Positions 47,392-57,295 of a stretch of DNA of 64,000 nucleotides are shown piece after piece. The position numbers were made by a program, and so were the translations under genes. The stretch comes from Longimicrobiales bacterium. GTDB taxonomy: Bacteria; Gemmatimonadota; Gemmatimonadetes; Longimicrobiales; Gaopeijiaceae. How positions within the stretch are numbered: position 1 is the first letter of the stretch; the number at the start of each line of letters is the position of its first letter. The stretch lies in NCBI GenBank assembly GCA_041690395.1, contig JAWLHJ010000002.1, positions 436,651 to 500,650 of the forward strand, written 5' to 3'. Under the pieces are notes generated by a model. The model did no database searches. It was given only the letters and a program-made list of their open reading frames with translations, and was not told the origin of the DNA.

Positions 47392-49155
47392 TCAGCCGAT
47401 TCCTGCCACGTCTGGCTTCAGCACGTCCCTGTCGTGCGTCGTGCGGAGCTCGAGCTCCGGGATACGCAGCGTGAGGAGGGTCGCCAGCGCGATGATGACC
47501 GCGGTGAGCCAGTAGATCCGGAAGGTCGCTGTCGAGAACGCCTCCGCCACGCGGTCCGCCACGCGGATCGCCACGGCGTTCCCCTCGGCTCGGAGCGCCG
47601 CCGCCTCCGTCGGCGTGGACGCGCCCTCGGCGAACACCTCGTACCGTTCGCGGATGAGAGCCGGTAACGTGGAGCCGCCCGAGGACACGAGCTGCTCGGC
47701 GTCCGTCTCCACGCCGTCCAGGAGGCCGGAGGGCAGCTCCAGGGTGGCGAACGAGACGCTCAGCGTCGTGACCAGGACCGTTCCCATCACTGCCGCACCC
47801 ACCGTCGCGCCGATCTGCCGGAAGAACTGTGAAGCGCTCGTCGCCTGGCCGACCATGCGGACATCGACCGCGTTCTGGATGGCGAGCGTGAAGAGCGGCA
47901 TCGACGGACCCGCCCCCAGGCCGCACAGCACCGTGTACAGCGTGACCTCCGCCAGGCTCACCGAGGCGTCCAGGTTCGAGAGGAGCAGCACCGAGGCCGC
48001 GAAGAGGAGGCCTCCCGCGAAGATCTGCCTCCGGTAGCCGATGCGATCGACGTAACGGCCCGCCATGGTGGCGCCGAAGACCACACCCGCCGAGAAGGGG
48101 ATCAGTGCCGCACCGGCGCTGGTGGCCGACACGCCGAGTACGTTCACCAACAGGAGCGGGAGGAAGATGGTGATGGACATGACCGCGGCGCCGAAGAAGA
48201 ACGTGGCGGTGTTGGCGGTGCGGAAGACGCGGTTCCGGAAGAGCCTCAGATCGAGGATCGGACTCGCCGAGGCGCGTGACTGCAGGAGGAACACCGCGAT
48301 CCCGAGCACGCCGAGCAAGAAGAGCCCGGGCGTGACCCAGGCGGCCCACCAGGGCCCGTCCGGCGCGACGCCCCCGGCTCCCGGGAACCACGGGTAGGCG
48401 CGCTTGTCGAGCTGGATCGAGAGGATGAGCGGCACCAGCCCGAGCATCAGGAGGACGGCGCCGAAAAAATCGGGGCGCCGTGTCTCGCCGATGGGATCGA
48501 GAGACGGCATCCGCCTCAGGATCAGCCAGAGGGCGATCGCCCCGAACGGGACGTTCACGAAGAAGACCCAGCGCCACCCCTGCACGCCGGGAATCAGGCC
48601 GCCGGCGTGGTCCGTCAGGAGGCCACCGACCAGAGGGCCCAGCACCGAGGCCACGCCGAAGACGGCTCCGACGTATCCCTGGTAGCGCCCCCTCTCGGCC
48701 GGCGTGAACAGGTCGGCGATCACGGTGAACGTCATGGCGAAGATGCCGCCCCCGCCGAGGCCCTGGAGTCCCCGCGCGAAGATCAGCTGATTCATCCCGT
48801 CCCCGAGCAGCGGGAGGCGCCCACCCATGCCGGCCACACCGCACAGCACCGAGCCGATGAGGAACAGGATGACCGCGCCGAGGGTGATGCGTTTGCGTGA
48901 GTAGGTGTCGGCGAGCTTTCCGTAGACCAGGGCGAGCGCGGTCGACGCCAGCAGGTACGCCGTGGCCACCCAGGCGTAGCGATCGACCGCCTCCAGGTCC
49001 TCGACCATGCTGGGCAGCGCGGTGGCGACGATCGTCTGGTCCAGCGCGGCCAGGAAGAGCGTGACCAGCATCGAAGCGTAGACCAGCATGCGGTCCGTGT
49101 CCGAGACACGGTCCGACACGCGGGGGTCGAACGATTCGGTTGGGGGTCGGCTCAT
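47392..49155 (-). CDS. MFS DHA2 (EmrB/QacA-like) efflux transporter
   Basis: LAALDQTIVATALP, YGKLAD.Y.RK, RGLQGLGGG, WRWVFFVNVPFG, LDLRLFRNR. Confidence 0.92.
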   Translation of the reverse strand: MSRPPTESFDPRVSDRVSDTDRMLVYASMLVTLFLAALDQTIVATALPSMVEDLEAVDRYAWVATAYLLASTALALVYGKLADTYSRKRITLGAVILFLIGSVLCGVAGMGGRLPLLGDGMNQLIFARGLQGLGGGGIFAMTFTVIADLFTPAERGRYQGYVGAVFGVASVLGPLVGGLLTDHAGGLIPGVQGWRWVFFVNVPFGAIALWLILRRMPSLDPIGETRRPDFFGAVLLMLGLVPLILSIQLDKRAYPWFPGAGGVAPDGPWWAAWVTPGLFLLGVLGIAVFLLQSRASASPILDLRLFRNRVFRTANTATFFFGAAVMSITIFLPLLLVNVLGVSATSAGAALIPFSAGVVFGATMAGRYVDRIGYRRQIFAGGLLFAASVLLLSNLDASVSLAEVTLYTVLCGLGAGPSMPLFTLAIQNAVDVRMVGQATSASQFFRQIGATVGAAVMGTVLVTTLSVSFATLELPSGLLDGVETDAEQLVSSGGSTLPALIRERYEVFAEGASTPTEAAALRAEGNAVAIRVADRVAEAFSTATFRIYWLTAVIIALATLLTLRIPELELRTTHDRDVLKPDVAGIG

Positions 49156-49251
49156 CGGACGGGGACGGAGTTCACGCCGGCAAAACGGCCCGAAGTCTAG
49201 CGGAAGGCCTCCACGTGCTCCATCACGGCTCTCTCGCTCCCACCGGCGGGG

Positions 49252-50051
49252 TCAGCGGGGCCCACCGTCCAGCCACGACGTCACCAGGGACAGCCAGGCG
49301 TCCGGACGGTCCAGGTGCACCGTATGCCCGGCGTCGGGCGCCACGGCGACGACCGCTCCCGCCATGGCCCCGGCCATGCGGCGTGCGATCTCGCCGAACT
49401 TGGCGTCCAGCGCGCCCGTGACGAACCGGGTGGGGGGGCGTATCTCGCCAAGTCGGTCCCAGAGCGACGGCAGGGAGCCGGTCCCTAGGCCGCGGAGCGC
49501 GGCGGCGAGCGCCGGGCCGCGGCTGGCCCGACGCACCCGATCCGCCCGCTCGGAGGCCTCGGGAGCCCGCCTCGGGCCGGGTCGAAGCACGTCCACGGTC
49601 GCCCACTCCGACGCGAACAGCTCGATTCCCCGTTCTTCGATGCGGGTGGCGAGGGCCTCGTCGGCCGCGCGGCGCGCGGCGCGCTCCGACGCGGACGACA
49701 GGCCGGGCGAAGCGGACTCCAGGACGAGCCGTCGGACGCGGTCCGGGTGCCGGAGGGCCACATGGAGCGCGATCCGCCCGCCCATCGAGTATCCGAGGAG
49801 GTCGAACGGTCCGGACACGGCTTCCAAGACGCGTGCGATGGCCGCGTCCAGGGCGATCCGCGGATCAGTCGGCGGAGGCGGGGCACCGCCGTGTCCGGGG
49901 AGGTCGATCGGGATCACGTCCCGCCACCCGGTCGCGAGCCCGGACAGGAGCTCGTCACCCCACGACTCCGACGACCCCGTGAAGCCGTGGAGGAGTACGA
50001 GCGGAGTCGGGCGTTGCCCCCGGGCACGCTTGTCCGGACCTTCCCTGCCAT
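49252..50051 (-). CDS. menH: MenH-like alpha/beta hydrolase (SHCHC synthase); 5' end anomalous, possibly frameshifted
   Basis: LLHGFTGS, DLPGHG, GYSMGGRIAL, LESASPGL...RRAADEALA, G.LD.KF, AGHTVH. No in-frame start before the divergent SDR gene. Confidence 0.7.
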
Positions 50052-50667
50052 GAAGATCCTCGTCATCGGTGCCACCGGCACCATCGGTTCGGCCGTCGCG
50101 GGCGCGCTCCGGGCGCGTGGGCACGAGGTCGTCGGGGCCGGAGCGACTTCGGGTGATCATCGCGTCGATATCTCCGCCCCAGCGTCCATCGATCGGCTCT
50201 ACGCGAGCACCGCCCCGGTGGACGCGGTCGTGTGCGCCGCCGGCGTCGCGCGATTCGGCGCACTGGACGCGCTCACCGCCGAGGACTTCGAGGCGAGCGT
50301 CGGCAACAAGCTGCTGGGGCAGGTGGAGTTGGTGCGGCGGGGCGTGGGCGTGGTTCGCGAGGGAGGCAGCTTCACCCTCACCTCCGGCGACCTCTCCACG
50401 GCGCCCGAGCCCGGAACGGTCGCGGTGGTGATGACCGGCGCCGCGGTCGAGGCGTTCGCCCGCGCCGCCGCGCTCGACCTCGAGGGGCGCTACCGGGTCA
50501 ACGTCGTGAGCCCCGGCGCCGTAGCCGAGTCGTTGGAGGCCGCCGGCCGAGACGGCGTGGGCGCCATCCGCGTCCGTGACGTGGCCGCCCACTACGTGCG
50601 CGCCGTCGAGGGTCGAGAAACGGGAACGGTCCTCGACGCTCGCGTGCCCGTACGGCCCGAGGATTGA
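50050..50667 (+). CDS. Short-chain dehydrogenase/reductase (small, atypical)
   Basis: MKILVIGATGTIG, KLLGQV.LV, GSFTLTSG, RVNVVSPG. Confidence 0.88.
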   Translation: MKILVIGATGTIGSAVAGALRARGHEVVGAGATSGDHRVDISAPASIDRLYASTAPVDAVVCAAGVARFGALDALTAEDFEASVGNKLLGQVELVRRGVGVVREGGSFTLTSGDLSTAPEPGTVAVVMTGAAVEAFARAAALDLEGRYRVNVVSPGAVAESLEAAGRDGVGAIRVRDVAAHYVRAVEGRETGTVLDARVPVRPED

Positions 50668-50831
50668 GGGGAGATGGATGCCCGAGGGTGTTCGCGAGGC
50701 CAGCGAGGGGCCTGGCATGGTACATGCAATTTGAAGGGCCCCCGATGCTTGCGAGGACGACACCATTGATGTGTCGCGGCGAATGGGGGAAATTGAGGTT
50801 GGATCAACCCGTCCACAACCGGTAAAGATAT

Positions 50832-52193
50832 ATGTCCAAGCCCGAGCAGCACGGCTCCGCGGTGAAAGCCGACGTGGAGACGAAACCGTCAACCAGTCGG
50901 ATTCCCATGGACCAGAATGAAGTCGTGGGCCCCCCGGCCGTCCCGGGGGCGATGGAGTACGACTACACGAACTTCTACTTCGGAGCGGGCGACGACGCCT
51001 TCGCGCTGCTCGAGCCGTTCGAGGACTGGTGGTCCGAGGTGAAGCCCGCCGGCTACTACCTCTACGAGTTGCCGATCCACAGCCAGCCGGGCACCCGCGT
51101 CGACGTCGAGGACACCAAGACGGGCGAGATCCGGCGGGGCCTGGTCAACTTCGCCTCCTACAACTATCTGGGGCTCTCGTACCGCCCCGAGGTCAAGCAG
51201 GCGATCAAGGAAGCCGCCGACATCTACGGCGGCGGCTCGTCCGGGTCTCCGATCCTCTCCGGCACGACGGCGCTCCACCGGCAGCTGGCCGAGGAGCTCG
51301 CGGCCTTCAAGGGGCAGGAAGCCTCCATGATCTTCCCGACGGGCTACAGCGCCAACGTCGGCACCATCGCCGGCCTCATGCGCTCCGGTGACCTGATCGT
51401 GGCGGACCAGTACTCGCACGCGAGCATCGTCGACGGGATGATCCTCTCCAAGGCGAAGTCGCGCTTCTTCCGGCACAACCGGGCGGACGACCTCGACCGC
51501 AAGCTGAGCGGCTTCGACGGCAAGAAGCTGGTCATCGTCGAGGGCGTCTACTCCATGGACGGCGACACGCCGCCCCTGGCCGAGATCGTGGAGGTGTGCA
51601 AGAAGCACAAGGCACGCCTGATGATCGACGAAGCCCACTCGACCTTCGTGTTCGGAAAGACCGGCAAGGGCGTGGCCGAGGACCAGGGCTTCGACAAAGA
51701 CATCGACATCCACCTGGGCACCTTCTCCAAGAGTCTCGGAGGACAGGGCGGCTTCATCGCCGGGTCCGAGCAGCTCATCAACTACCTGCGCGGCTTCTCC
51801 CGCTCCCGCTTCTTCTCCTGTGCGCTCTCCCCGGTCGTGGTGGCCGGAATCCGGAAGGCGCTCGAGCTGGCCTCGAACGAGCCCGAGCTGCGCACGAAGC
51901 TGTGGGACAACGTCGCCTACATGCAGAAGCTGCTCACCGAGGCGGAGATCCCGATGGGCGACTCGACGTCGCACGTGATCCCCATCATGGTCCGCGACGA
52001 CGCGCGCATCTTCATGATGGGCGAGGAGTTGCTCCGCGAGGGCGTCTTCATCAACCCGGTGAAGTACCCCGCCGTGGGCAAGCACAAGTCGCGCTTCAGG
52101 ATGTCGATCTCGGCCGCCCACTCGAAGGAGGAGCTCGAAGAGGGAGCCGCCATCATCCAGAAGGTGCTCCAGAGGTACGGCGTATGTCCGTAG
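50832..52193 (+). CDS. PLP-dependent alpha-oxoamine synthase (serine palmitoyltransferase/BioF/KBL family)
   Basis: NFASYNYLG, PTGYSAN, HASIVDG, EGVYSMDGD, DEAHS, GTFSKSLG (PLP Lys); extended N-terminus. Confidence 0.9.
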   Translation: MSKPEQHGSAVKADVETKPSTSRIPMDQNEVVGPPAVPGAMEYDYTNFYFGAGDDAFALLEPFEDWWSEVKPAGYYLYELPIHSQPGTRVDVEDTKTGEIRRGLVNFASYNYLGLSYRPEVKQAIKEAADIYGGGSSGSPILSGTTALHRQLAEELAAFKGQEASMIFPTGYSANVGTIAGLMRSGDLIVADQYSHASIVDGMILSKAKSRFFRHNRADDLDRKLSGFDGKKLVIVEGVYSMDGDTPPLAEIVEVCKKHKARLMIDEAHSTFVFGKTGKGVAEDQGFDKDIDIHLGTFSKSLGGQGGFIAGSEQLINYLRGFSRSRFFSCALSPVVVAGIRKALELASNEPELRTKLWDNVAYMQKLLTEAEIPMGDSTSHVIPIMVRDDARIFMMGEELLREGVFINPVKYPAVGKHKSRFRMSISAAHSKEELEEGAAIIQKVLQRYGVCP

Positions 52194-52846
52194 GGAGCTA
52201 CCGCTTCAACACCGGGGTCAGCGCCTTCTTCGAGATGGCGACCGCGGACGCCCGGGCGGTCCTCCCCGAGCACCTCGAGCCGATCGAGGTCCGGCACCAG
52301 AGGAGCGTCCTGTCGGTCACGGCGTTCCTCTTCGACGACAGCGTGGTGGGCCCCTACACCGAGCTCATGTTCTCGGTCATCGTGCCGCCGATAGTGGCCG
52401 AATGGGGTCAGCACGCGAAGGCGGGCTTCTACCCGTTCATCGCGGCGACGAGTTCCAGGGAGGCACGTCGGATCAAATCCGAGCGCTTCTTCTTCCCGTA
52501 CTACGACCACGACATCGACGCGCAGTTCATCGAGACCGACGACCGGCTGCGGATCCGAGTGTTCGGGGAAGGCTCGCCGATCGTGGACATGAGCATCACC
52601 CCCGGCGCCTGGGAGACGACCACCCACCTGCTCCAGGGCTTCATGATGAACGGCGAGCAGCGCCTCCGGACGACGCTCCAGATCAGCGGCGACTACACGG
52701 TGCACGAGAACGAGAGCGGGCGCATGACGCTCTTCCCGCACCCGATGACGTCGGATCTCCTGCGGAACGAGGTATCTCCGGAGCCGTTCCGCGAACACTG
52801 GTTCAAGAACGGCACCGAGGTGTTTCACAAGCTCGAGGCGTTCTGA
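52184..52846 (+). CDS. Acetoacetate-decarboxylase-fold (ADC-like) protein
   Basis: ARAVLP..LEP...VLSVTAF.F.DS.VGPY.E is the ADC N-terminal pattern; overlaps the upstream gene by 10 nt. Confidence 0.7.
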   Translation: MSVGSYRFNTGVSAFFEMATADARAVLPEHLEPIEVRHQRSVLSVTAFLFDDSVVGPYTELMFSVIVPPIVAEWGQHAKAGFYPFIAATSSREARRIKSERFFFPYYDHDIDAQFIETDDRLRIRVFGEGSPIVDMSITPGAWETTTHLLQGFMMNGEQRLRTTLQISGDYTVHENESGRMTLFPHPMTSDLLRNEVSPEPFREHWFKNGTEVFHKLEAF

Positions 52847-52909
52847 CCGGCTCGTGCGAACCGACGCACCGACCGAGTCCCGATTCGCTCCGGCCCCGCT
52901 TCCGGCCCG

Positions 52910-53770
52910 GTGACGCAGCCGTCCCGCCGACCCCAGGACCTGGTCTTCACGCTGTACGGTGAGTACCTGCTCGACCGCGACGATCCACCCTGGGTCGGCG
53001 CGCTCATCACCCTCCTACAGCCGTTCGGTCCCTCCGAGGGCGCCGTACGTACCGTGCTGTCGCGCATGTCCGGGAAGGGGTGGCTCACGACGCACCGTAT
53101 CGGGCGCCACGCGTTCTACGACCTGACGCCGCGCGGCCGAAAGCTGCTCGAAGAGGGGCAGGCCAGGATCTTCCATCCGTCCTGGGACGTGCCGTGGGAC
53201 GAGCAGTGGTTCCTTCTCGCCTACTCCATTCCGGAGGACGCCCGGAAGCTGCGAGACCGCCTCCGGGACCGGCTGGCCTGGCTGGGATTCGGGTCGCTCG
53301 GCAACGGCCTCTGGATCTCCCCGCACGACGTGGAAGACCAGGTGGGGGACCTCTCCGCGCAGCTCGGCATCGCGGAGCACCTGGAGTGCTTCCGCGCGAC
53401 GCGCGTGGCCGGGGCCCCGGTAGCCGAGCTCGTCGCCCGCTGCTGGGACCTCGGCGCGGTGGACGCGCACTACCGGGCCTTCATGGACCGCTGGGATCCG
53501 GAGCTCCGGAGGCTGGAAGCGGACGCCGCCGCCTCGATCACCGACGAGGAGTGCTATACGCTGCGCTTCGACCTCATCCACGAGTTCCGCTCCTTCCCGC
53601 TGGAGGACCCCTACCTTCCACGGGCGCTGCTCCCCGAGTCCTGGGCGGGGGAAGACGCCACCCGGCTCTTCCACGCCCTGCACGACCGGCTCGTCGGCCC
53701 GGCCGACCGGCACGTGGACGGTGTTCTCGAGGCCGGCCCCGTGGCCTCGTCGTCGGGGACGCACACATGA
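52910..53770 (+). CDS. PaaX-family transcriptional repressor
   Basis: VFTLYGEY, AVRTVLSRM..KGWL, LAWLGFGSL..GLWISP, CWDL, DPYLP..LLP..W.G. Confidence 0.9.
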   Translation: MTQPSRRPQDLVFTLYGEYLLDRDDPPWVGALITLLQPFGPSEGAVRTVLSRMSGKGWLTTHRIGRHAFYDLTPRGRKLLEEGQARIFHPSWDVPWDEQWFLLAYSIPEDARKLRDRLRDRLAWLGFGSLGNGLWISPHDVEDQVGDLSAQLGIAEHLECFRATRVAGAPVAELVARCWDLGAVDAHYRAFMDRWDPELRRLEADAAASITDEECYTLRFDLIHEFRSFPLEDPYLPRALLPESWAGEDATRLFHALHDRLVGPADRHVDGVLEAGPVASSSGTHT

Positions 53771-55857
53771 GCCGGCCGGCTGCCTCGCGGTCCCGGGGGC
53801 TGATCGGGTCCCCCCTTTTTCTGGCCGGGCTCATCGTGGCCGCGTGCGGCCCGAACGGGCCGACCACGGACGCCGCGCTTCTCGACGTGCTCACGTTCGA
53901 GGACGCCCGACCGACCGACGCGGAAGAACGGGAAGCGCTTCTCTCGCGGACAGGCGCGGAAGACGCGGCGACGCGGCGCTTCGCCGTCCGGGCGCTCGGA
54001 CGGCTGGAAGACCCCTCGCTGCTGGAGCGGATTCGCCCGTCGCTGACCGACCCGGACCCGACCGTCCGCGCGACGGCCGCCTGGGCCGTGGCGCAGGCCG
54101 TCCACGGGGAGGACGGGGGCCGGGCGGCGGTCGCCCTCGTGGCGGCGGCACGCACCGAGTCCGATCCGGTCGTGCGTGGGGAGATCGCTCGCTCGCTGGG
54201 ACGGGTTCGGGTGGACGGCGGGGCGGACGACGTACTCGACGTCCTGGGCGCCTGGGCTGCGGAACCCGGTCTCGACGCCGAAACCGCCGTGGGGGTGGCC
54301 CTCGGCCTCGAGGCCCTCTCTCGGGCTTCGGGCGCGGCGGGGTCCGACGAGCGGTTGTACGAGGCCCTCGAACGGCTGACCGGGTTCCAGAGGGAGGGCG
54401 CCGTCGATCCGGTCGCCCCCGTCCGCGTCCGCGCCGTCGCGTTGCTCGGGCTGGGGCAGCGGGGCCGACTGGCCTCTCGGACGATCCGGGAAGCGCTCGC
54501 CGACCCGGCGCCGACCGTGCGCGCGACCGCCGCCCGCTTCCTCGGGGCCGCCCCGCCCGACGAGCGAGCCGGACTCCTGCGCACGGCGTCCGCCGACGGC
54601 GCGACGATCGTACGCGTCGAGGCCGTCCGCGCGCTGGCCGCGGCGCCCCGCACGGCCGAAGTGTGCGGGGAGATCCTTCGCATGGCGCGGAACGACCAGG
54701 CGACCATCGTCCGGGGGGCGGCGCTGGACGCGCTCGCCGCGCCCTGTTCGGGCGACGTCGCGCTGGAGGTGGTCACCTACCTCGACTCGGTCGCCACCGC
54801 CCTCCCCCCGGAGACGGACGGAGCCTGGCACTCGGCCCTGCATGCGCTGGCGTCGTTGGCCCGGCTGGACACGGCGGCGGCGGGAGAAGCCATCGGGCCA
54901 CATGCGGGCCACGCGAATCCCTTCGTCCGGGCCGGGGCGGCGCTCGTGGCAGGCCTGCTCGCGGACGAGTCCACCCTCCGCGCCCTGTCGGCCGATCCCG
55001 ACCCGAACGTCCGGACGCCCGCGCTTCGCGCCCGTTTCGGCATCGAGGGTCGGTCGCTCGACGAGGAGCTGGTCGGCCAGCTCTCCTCCGACGACCCGCA
55101 GCTCCTGATGACCGTCGCCGAGCTGCTGGACGGGAGCGCGCATCCCGACGCTGCCGACGCCGCGCTGGCGGCGTTCGTCCGGGTCTCCGACCTGCGCCGC
55201 GAGACGACCCGTGACGCTCGCACGGCGCTTCTCGACGTGGTCGCCTCGACCGGTGACCCGTCGCTCGCAACCCGCGTCGAGCCGTACCTCGCCGATTTCG
55301 ACCCGGTCGTGGCGGCCAGGGCCCGCTCGATGTTCGCCGACTGGACGGACTCCGCGCCCACGGCCAGCCCCGAGCCACTCCCCCGGCTTCCGCTTCCCAC
55401 GATCGACGACGTGGCGGACATGGAGCGGAACGTCGTGGTGCTGCACATGGCGCGAGGTGGCGAGATCGTCGTCGAGCTGTTTCCGTTCCTCGCGCCGACG
55501 AACGCCTTCCGGTTCTTGCGTCTGGCTCGGGACGGCCACTTCGACGGTCTCACCTTCCACCGGGTCGTCCCCAACTTCGTCATCCAGGGGGGCTCGCCCG
55601 CCGCGAACGAATACGCCGGTGACGGGCCGTACACGAGGGACGAGATCGGCCGAATGTCGCACTGGCGGGGCACGGTCGGGCTGTCGACCCGCGGCCGGGA
55701 CACCGGTGACGGGCAGATCTTCGTGAACCTCGTCGACAACGTCCGGCTCGACCACGACTACACGGTGTTCGGCGTGGTCCGCACGGGCATGGACGTAGTG
55801 GACGGAGTGCTCGCGGGCGACGTGATCGAGCAGGTCGAAATCCGCCCGAAGGATTGA
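53767..55857 (+). CDS. Lipoprotein with HEAT repeats and a C-terminal cyclophilin PPIase
   Basis: Lipobox IVAAC; DPDPTVRA-type HEAT repeats; FDGLTFHRVVPNFVIQGG, DTGDGQIF, LDHDYTVFG. Confidence 0.88.
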   Translation: MSRPAASRSRGLIGSPLFLAGLIVAACGPNGPTTDAALLDVLTFEDARPTDAEEREALLSRTGAEDAATRRFAVRALGRLEDPSLLERIRPSLTDPDPTVRATAAWAVAQAVHGEDGGRAAVALVAAARTESDPVVRGEIARSLGRVRVDGGADDVLDVLGAWAAEPGLDAETAVGVALGLEALSRASGAAGSDERLYEALERLTGFQREGAVDPVAPVRVRAVALLGLGQRGRLASRTIREALADPAPTVRATAARFLGAAPPDERAGLLRTASADGATIVRVEAVRALAAAPRTAEVCGEILRMARNDQATIVRGAALDALAAPCSGDVALEVVTYLDSVATALPPETDGAWHSALHALASLARLDTAAAGEAIGPHAGHANPFVRAGAALVAGLLADESTLRALSADPDPNVRTPALRARFGIEGRSLDEELVGQLSSDDPQLLMTVAELLDGSAHPDAADAALAAFVRVSDLRRETTRDARTALLDVVASTGDPSLATRVEPYLADFDPVVAARARSMFADWTDSAPTASPEPLPRLPLPTIDDVADMERNVVVLHMARGGEIVVELFPFLAPTNAFRFLRLARDGHFDGLTFHRVVPNFVIQGGSPAANEYAGDGPYTRDEIGRMSHWRGTVGLSTRGRDTGDGQIFVNLVDNVRLDHDYTVFGVVRTGMDVVDGVLAGDVIEQVEIRPKD

Positions 55858-55926
55858 CGAACGGGCCCGACGGGCCCATGTCCCTTACGCGAATCCCGAA
55901 ACACAAACCCTTCGAGGTCGAGCGAG

Positions 55927-57183
55927 ATGGAACACAATCCGGACGCACCCTGGTACATGCGGCTCCATTGGCAGGTCGCGATCGCGATGCTGCTCGGCGG
56001 AATCGCGGGACTCTTGTTCGGGATACCGCTCGCCAACGCGGTCGGTTGGCTCGGCGACCTGTTCATGAAGCTCCTCCGCATGATCATCGTGCCACTGGTG
56101 CTCACCTCGATCGTTTCGGGCGTGGCGTCCGTCGGAGGCGGGAAGGCCCTGGGCCGGCTCTTCAGCAAGACGATGGGCTACTACGTCCTTTCGAGCCTGC
56201 TCGCGGTCACCGTGGGTCTCCTGTTCGTGAACCTCATCCGGCCGGGCGCGAACGCCGACATGACCACGACGACGGCCGCGGATCTACCGGACCTGGAGAC
56301 GCCGTCCTCGCCGGTCCAGCTCCTCATGGACATCGTGCCGGAGAACGTCATCCAGGCGGCGGCCACCGCGGACATGCTGGCGCTGATCTTCTTCAGCATC
56401 GTCTTCGGCGCGGCGGTCACCACCCTGCCCGACAAGCCCCAGCGCATCGTCACCGAGCTCTTCGACGCGCTGTTCGAGGCGATGATGAGGCTGACCTCCG
56501 GGATCATCAAGTTCCTCCCGATCGGCGTATTCGCCCTCATCGCGAGGATGGTCGCGACGACCGGCTTCGAAGGGTTCCGCCCGCTCGCGCTCTACGCGCT
56601 CACGATCTTCTCGGGCCTGACGGTGCACTTCTTCGTGACCCTTCCGCTGCTGCTGATCTTCCTCGGACGGATCTCACCGAAGATCCACTTCGCCAACATG
56701 CGGGAGCCGCTCCTGGTGGCCTTCTCGACGAGCTCGTCCGGAGCCACGCTCCCCGTGACGATGAACGCGGTCGAGAACAAGGTGGGCGTCTCGAACCGCG
56801 TGACGTCCTTCGTGCTGCCCATGGGGGCCACGGTCAACATGGACGGCACCGCGATCTTCGAGTGCGTGGGGGCGCTCTTCATCGCGCAGGTGCTCGGCTT
56901 CGACCTGGGCATCATGCAGCAGGCGATCGTCGTGCTCACGGCGCTGCTCGCCTCCATCGGCGCGGCCGCCGTGCCGTCCGCGGGGCTGGTCGTGATCTTC
57001 ATCGTGCTCGAGGCGATCGGCCTAAGGGGTCCGGACGTGAACGTCATCGTCGGCTCGATGTTGGCGATCGACCGTCCGCTCGACATGTACCGCACGGCGG
57101 TCAACATCTTCAGCGACTCGGTCGGCACCGCGATCATCGCCCGCTCGGAGGGTGAGGACACCGTGGACACGGAGATCCTCTAA
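55927..57183 (+). CDS. Dicarboxylate/amino acid:cation symporter (DAACS, GltP-like)
   Basis: FMKLLRMIIVPL, AFSTSSSGATLP, GATVNMDGT, DRPLDMYRTAVN. Confidence 0.93.
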   Translation: MEHNPDAPWYMRLHWQVAIAMLLGGIAGLLFGIPLANAVGWLGDLFMKLLRMIIVPLVLTSIVSGVASVGGGKALGRLFSKTMGYYVLSSLLAVTVGLLFVNLIRPGANADMTTTTAADLPDLETPSSPVQLLMDIVPENVIQAAATADMLALIFFSIVFGAAVTTLPDKPQRIVTELFDALFEAMMRLTSGIIKFLPIGVFALIARMVATTGFEGFRPLALYALTIFSGLTVHFFVTLPLLLIFLGRISPKIHFANMREPLLVAFSTSSSGATLPVTMNAVENKVGVSNRVTSFVLPMGATVNMDGTAIFECVGALFIAQVLGFDLGIMQQAIVVLTALLASIGAAAVPSAGLVVIFIVLEAIGLRGPDVNVIVGSMLAIDRPLDMYRTAVNIFSDSVGTAIIARSEGEDTVDTEIL

Positions 57184-57227
57184 CCGGGACGACCCGGTCG
57201 CCGCTTCGGCGGACAGGGACGAAAACG

Positions 57228-57259
57228 AGCGGAGTGGGGCCGGCCGGCCCCACTCCGCT
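57228..57259. terminator. Bidirectional terminator (perfect palindrome)
   Basis: AGCGGAGTGGGGCCGG|CCGGCCCCACTCCGCT with an A-run upstream and a T-run at the 3' end, between convergent genes. Confidence 0.8.
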
Positions 57260-57295
57260 TTCGCATGCGGCGGCCCGCGAGTCCGCGAGTCCGCG

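Noticed and set aside
52910..53770. paaX as evidence of a phenylacetate catabolic cluster
   Set aside because: No paa catabolic genes are in the window, so only the family-level call is kept.
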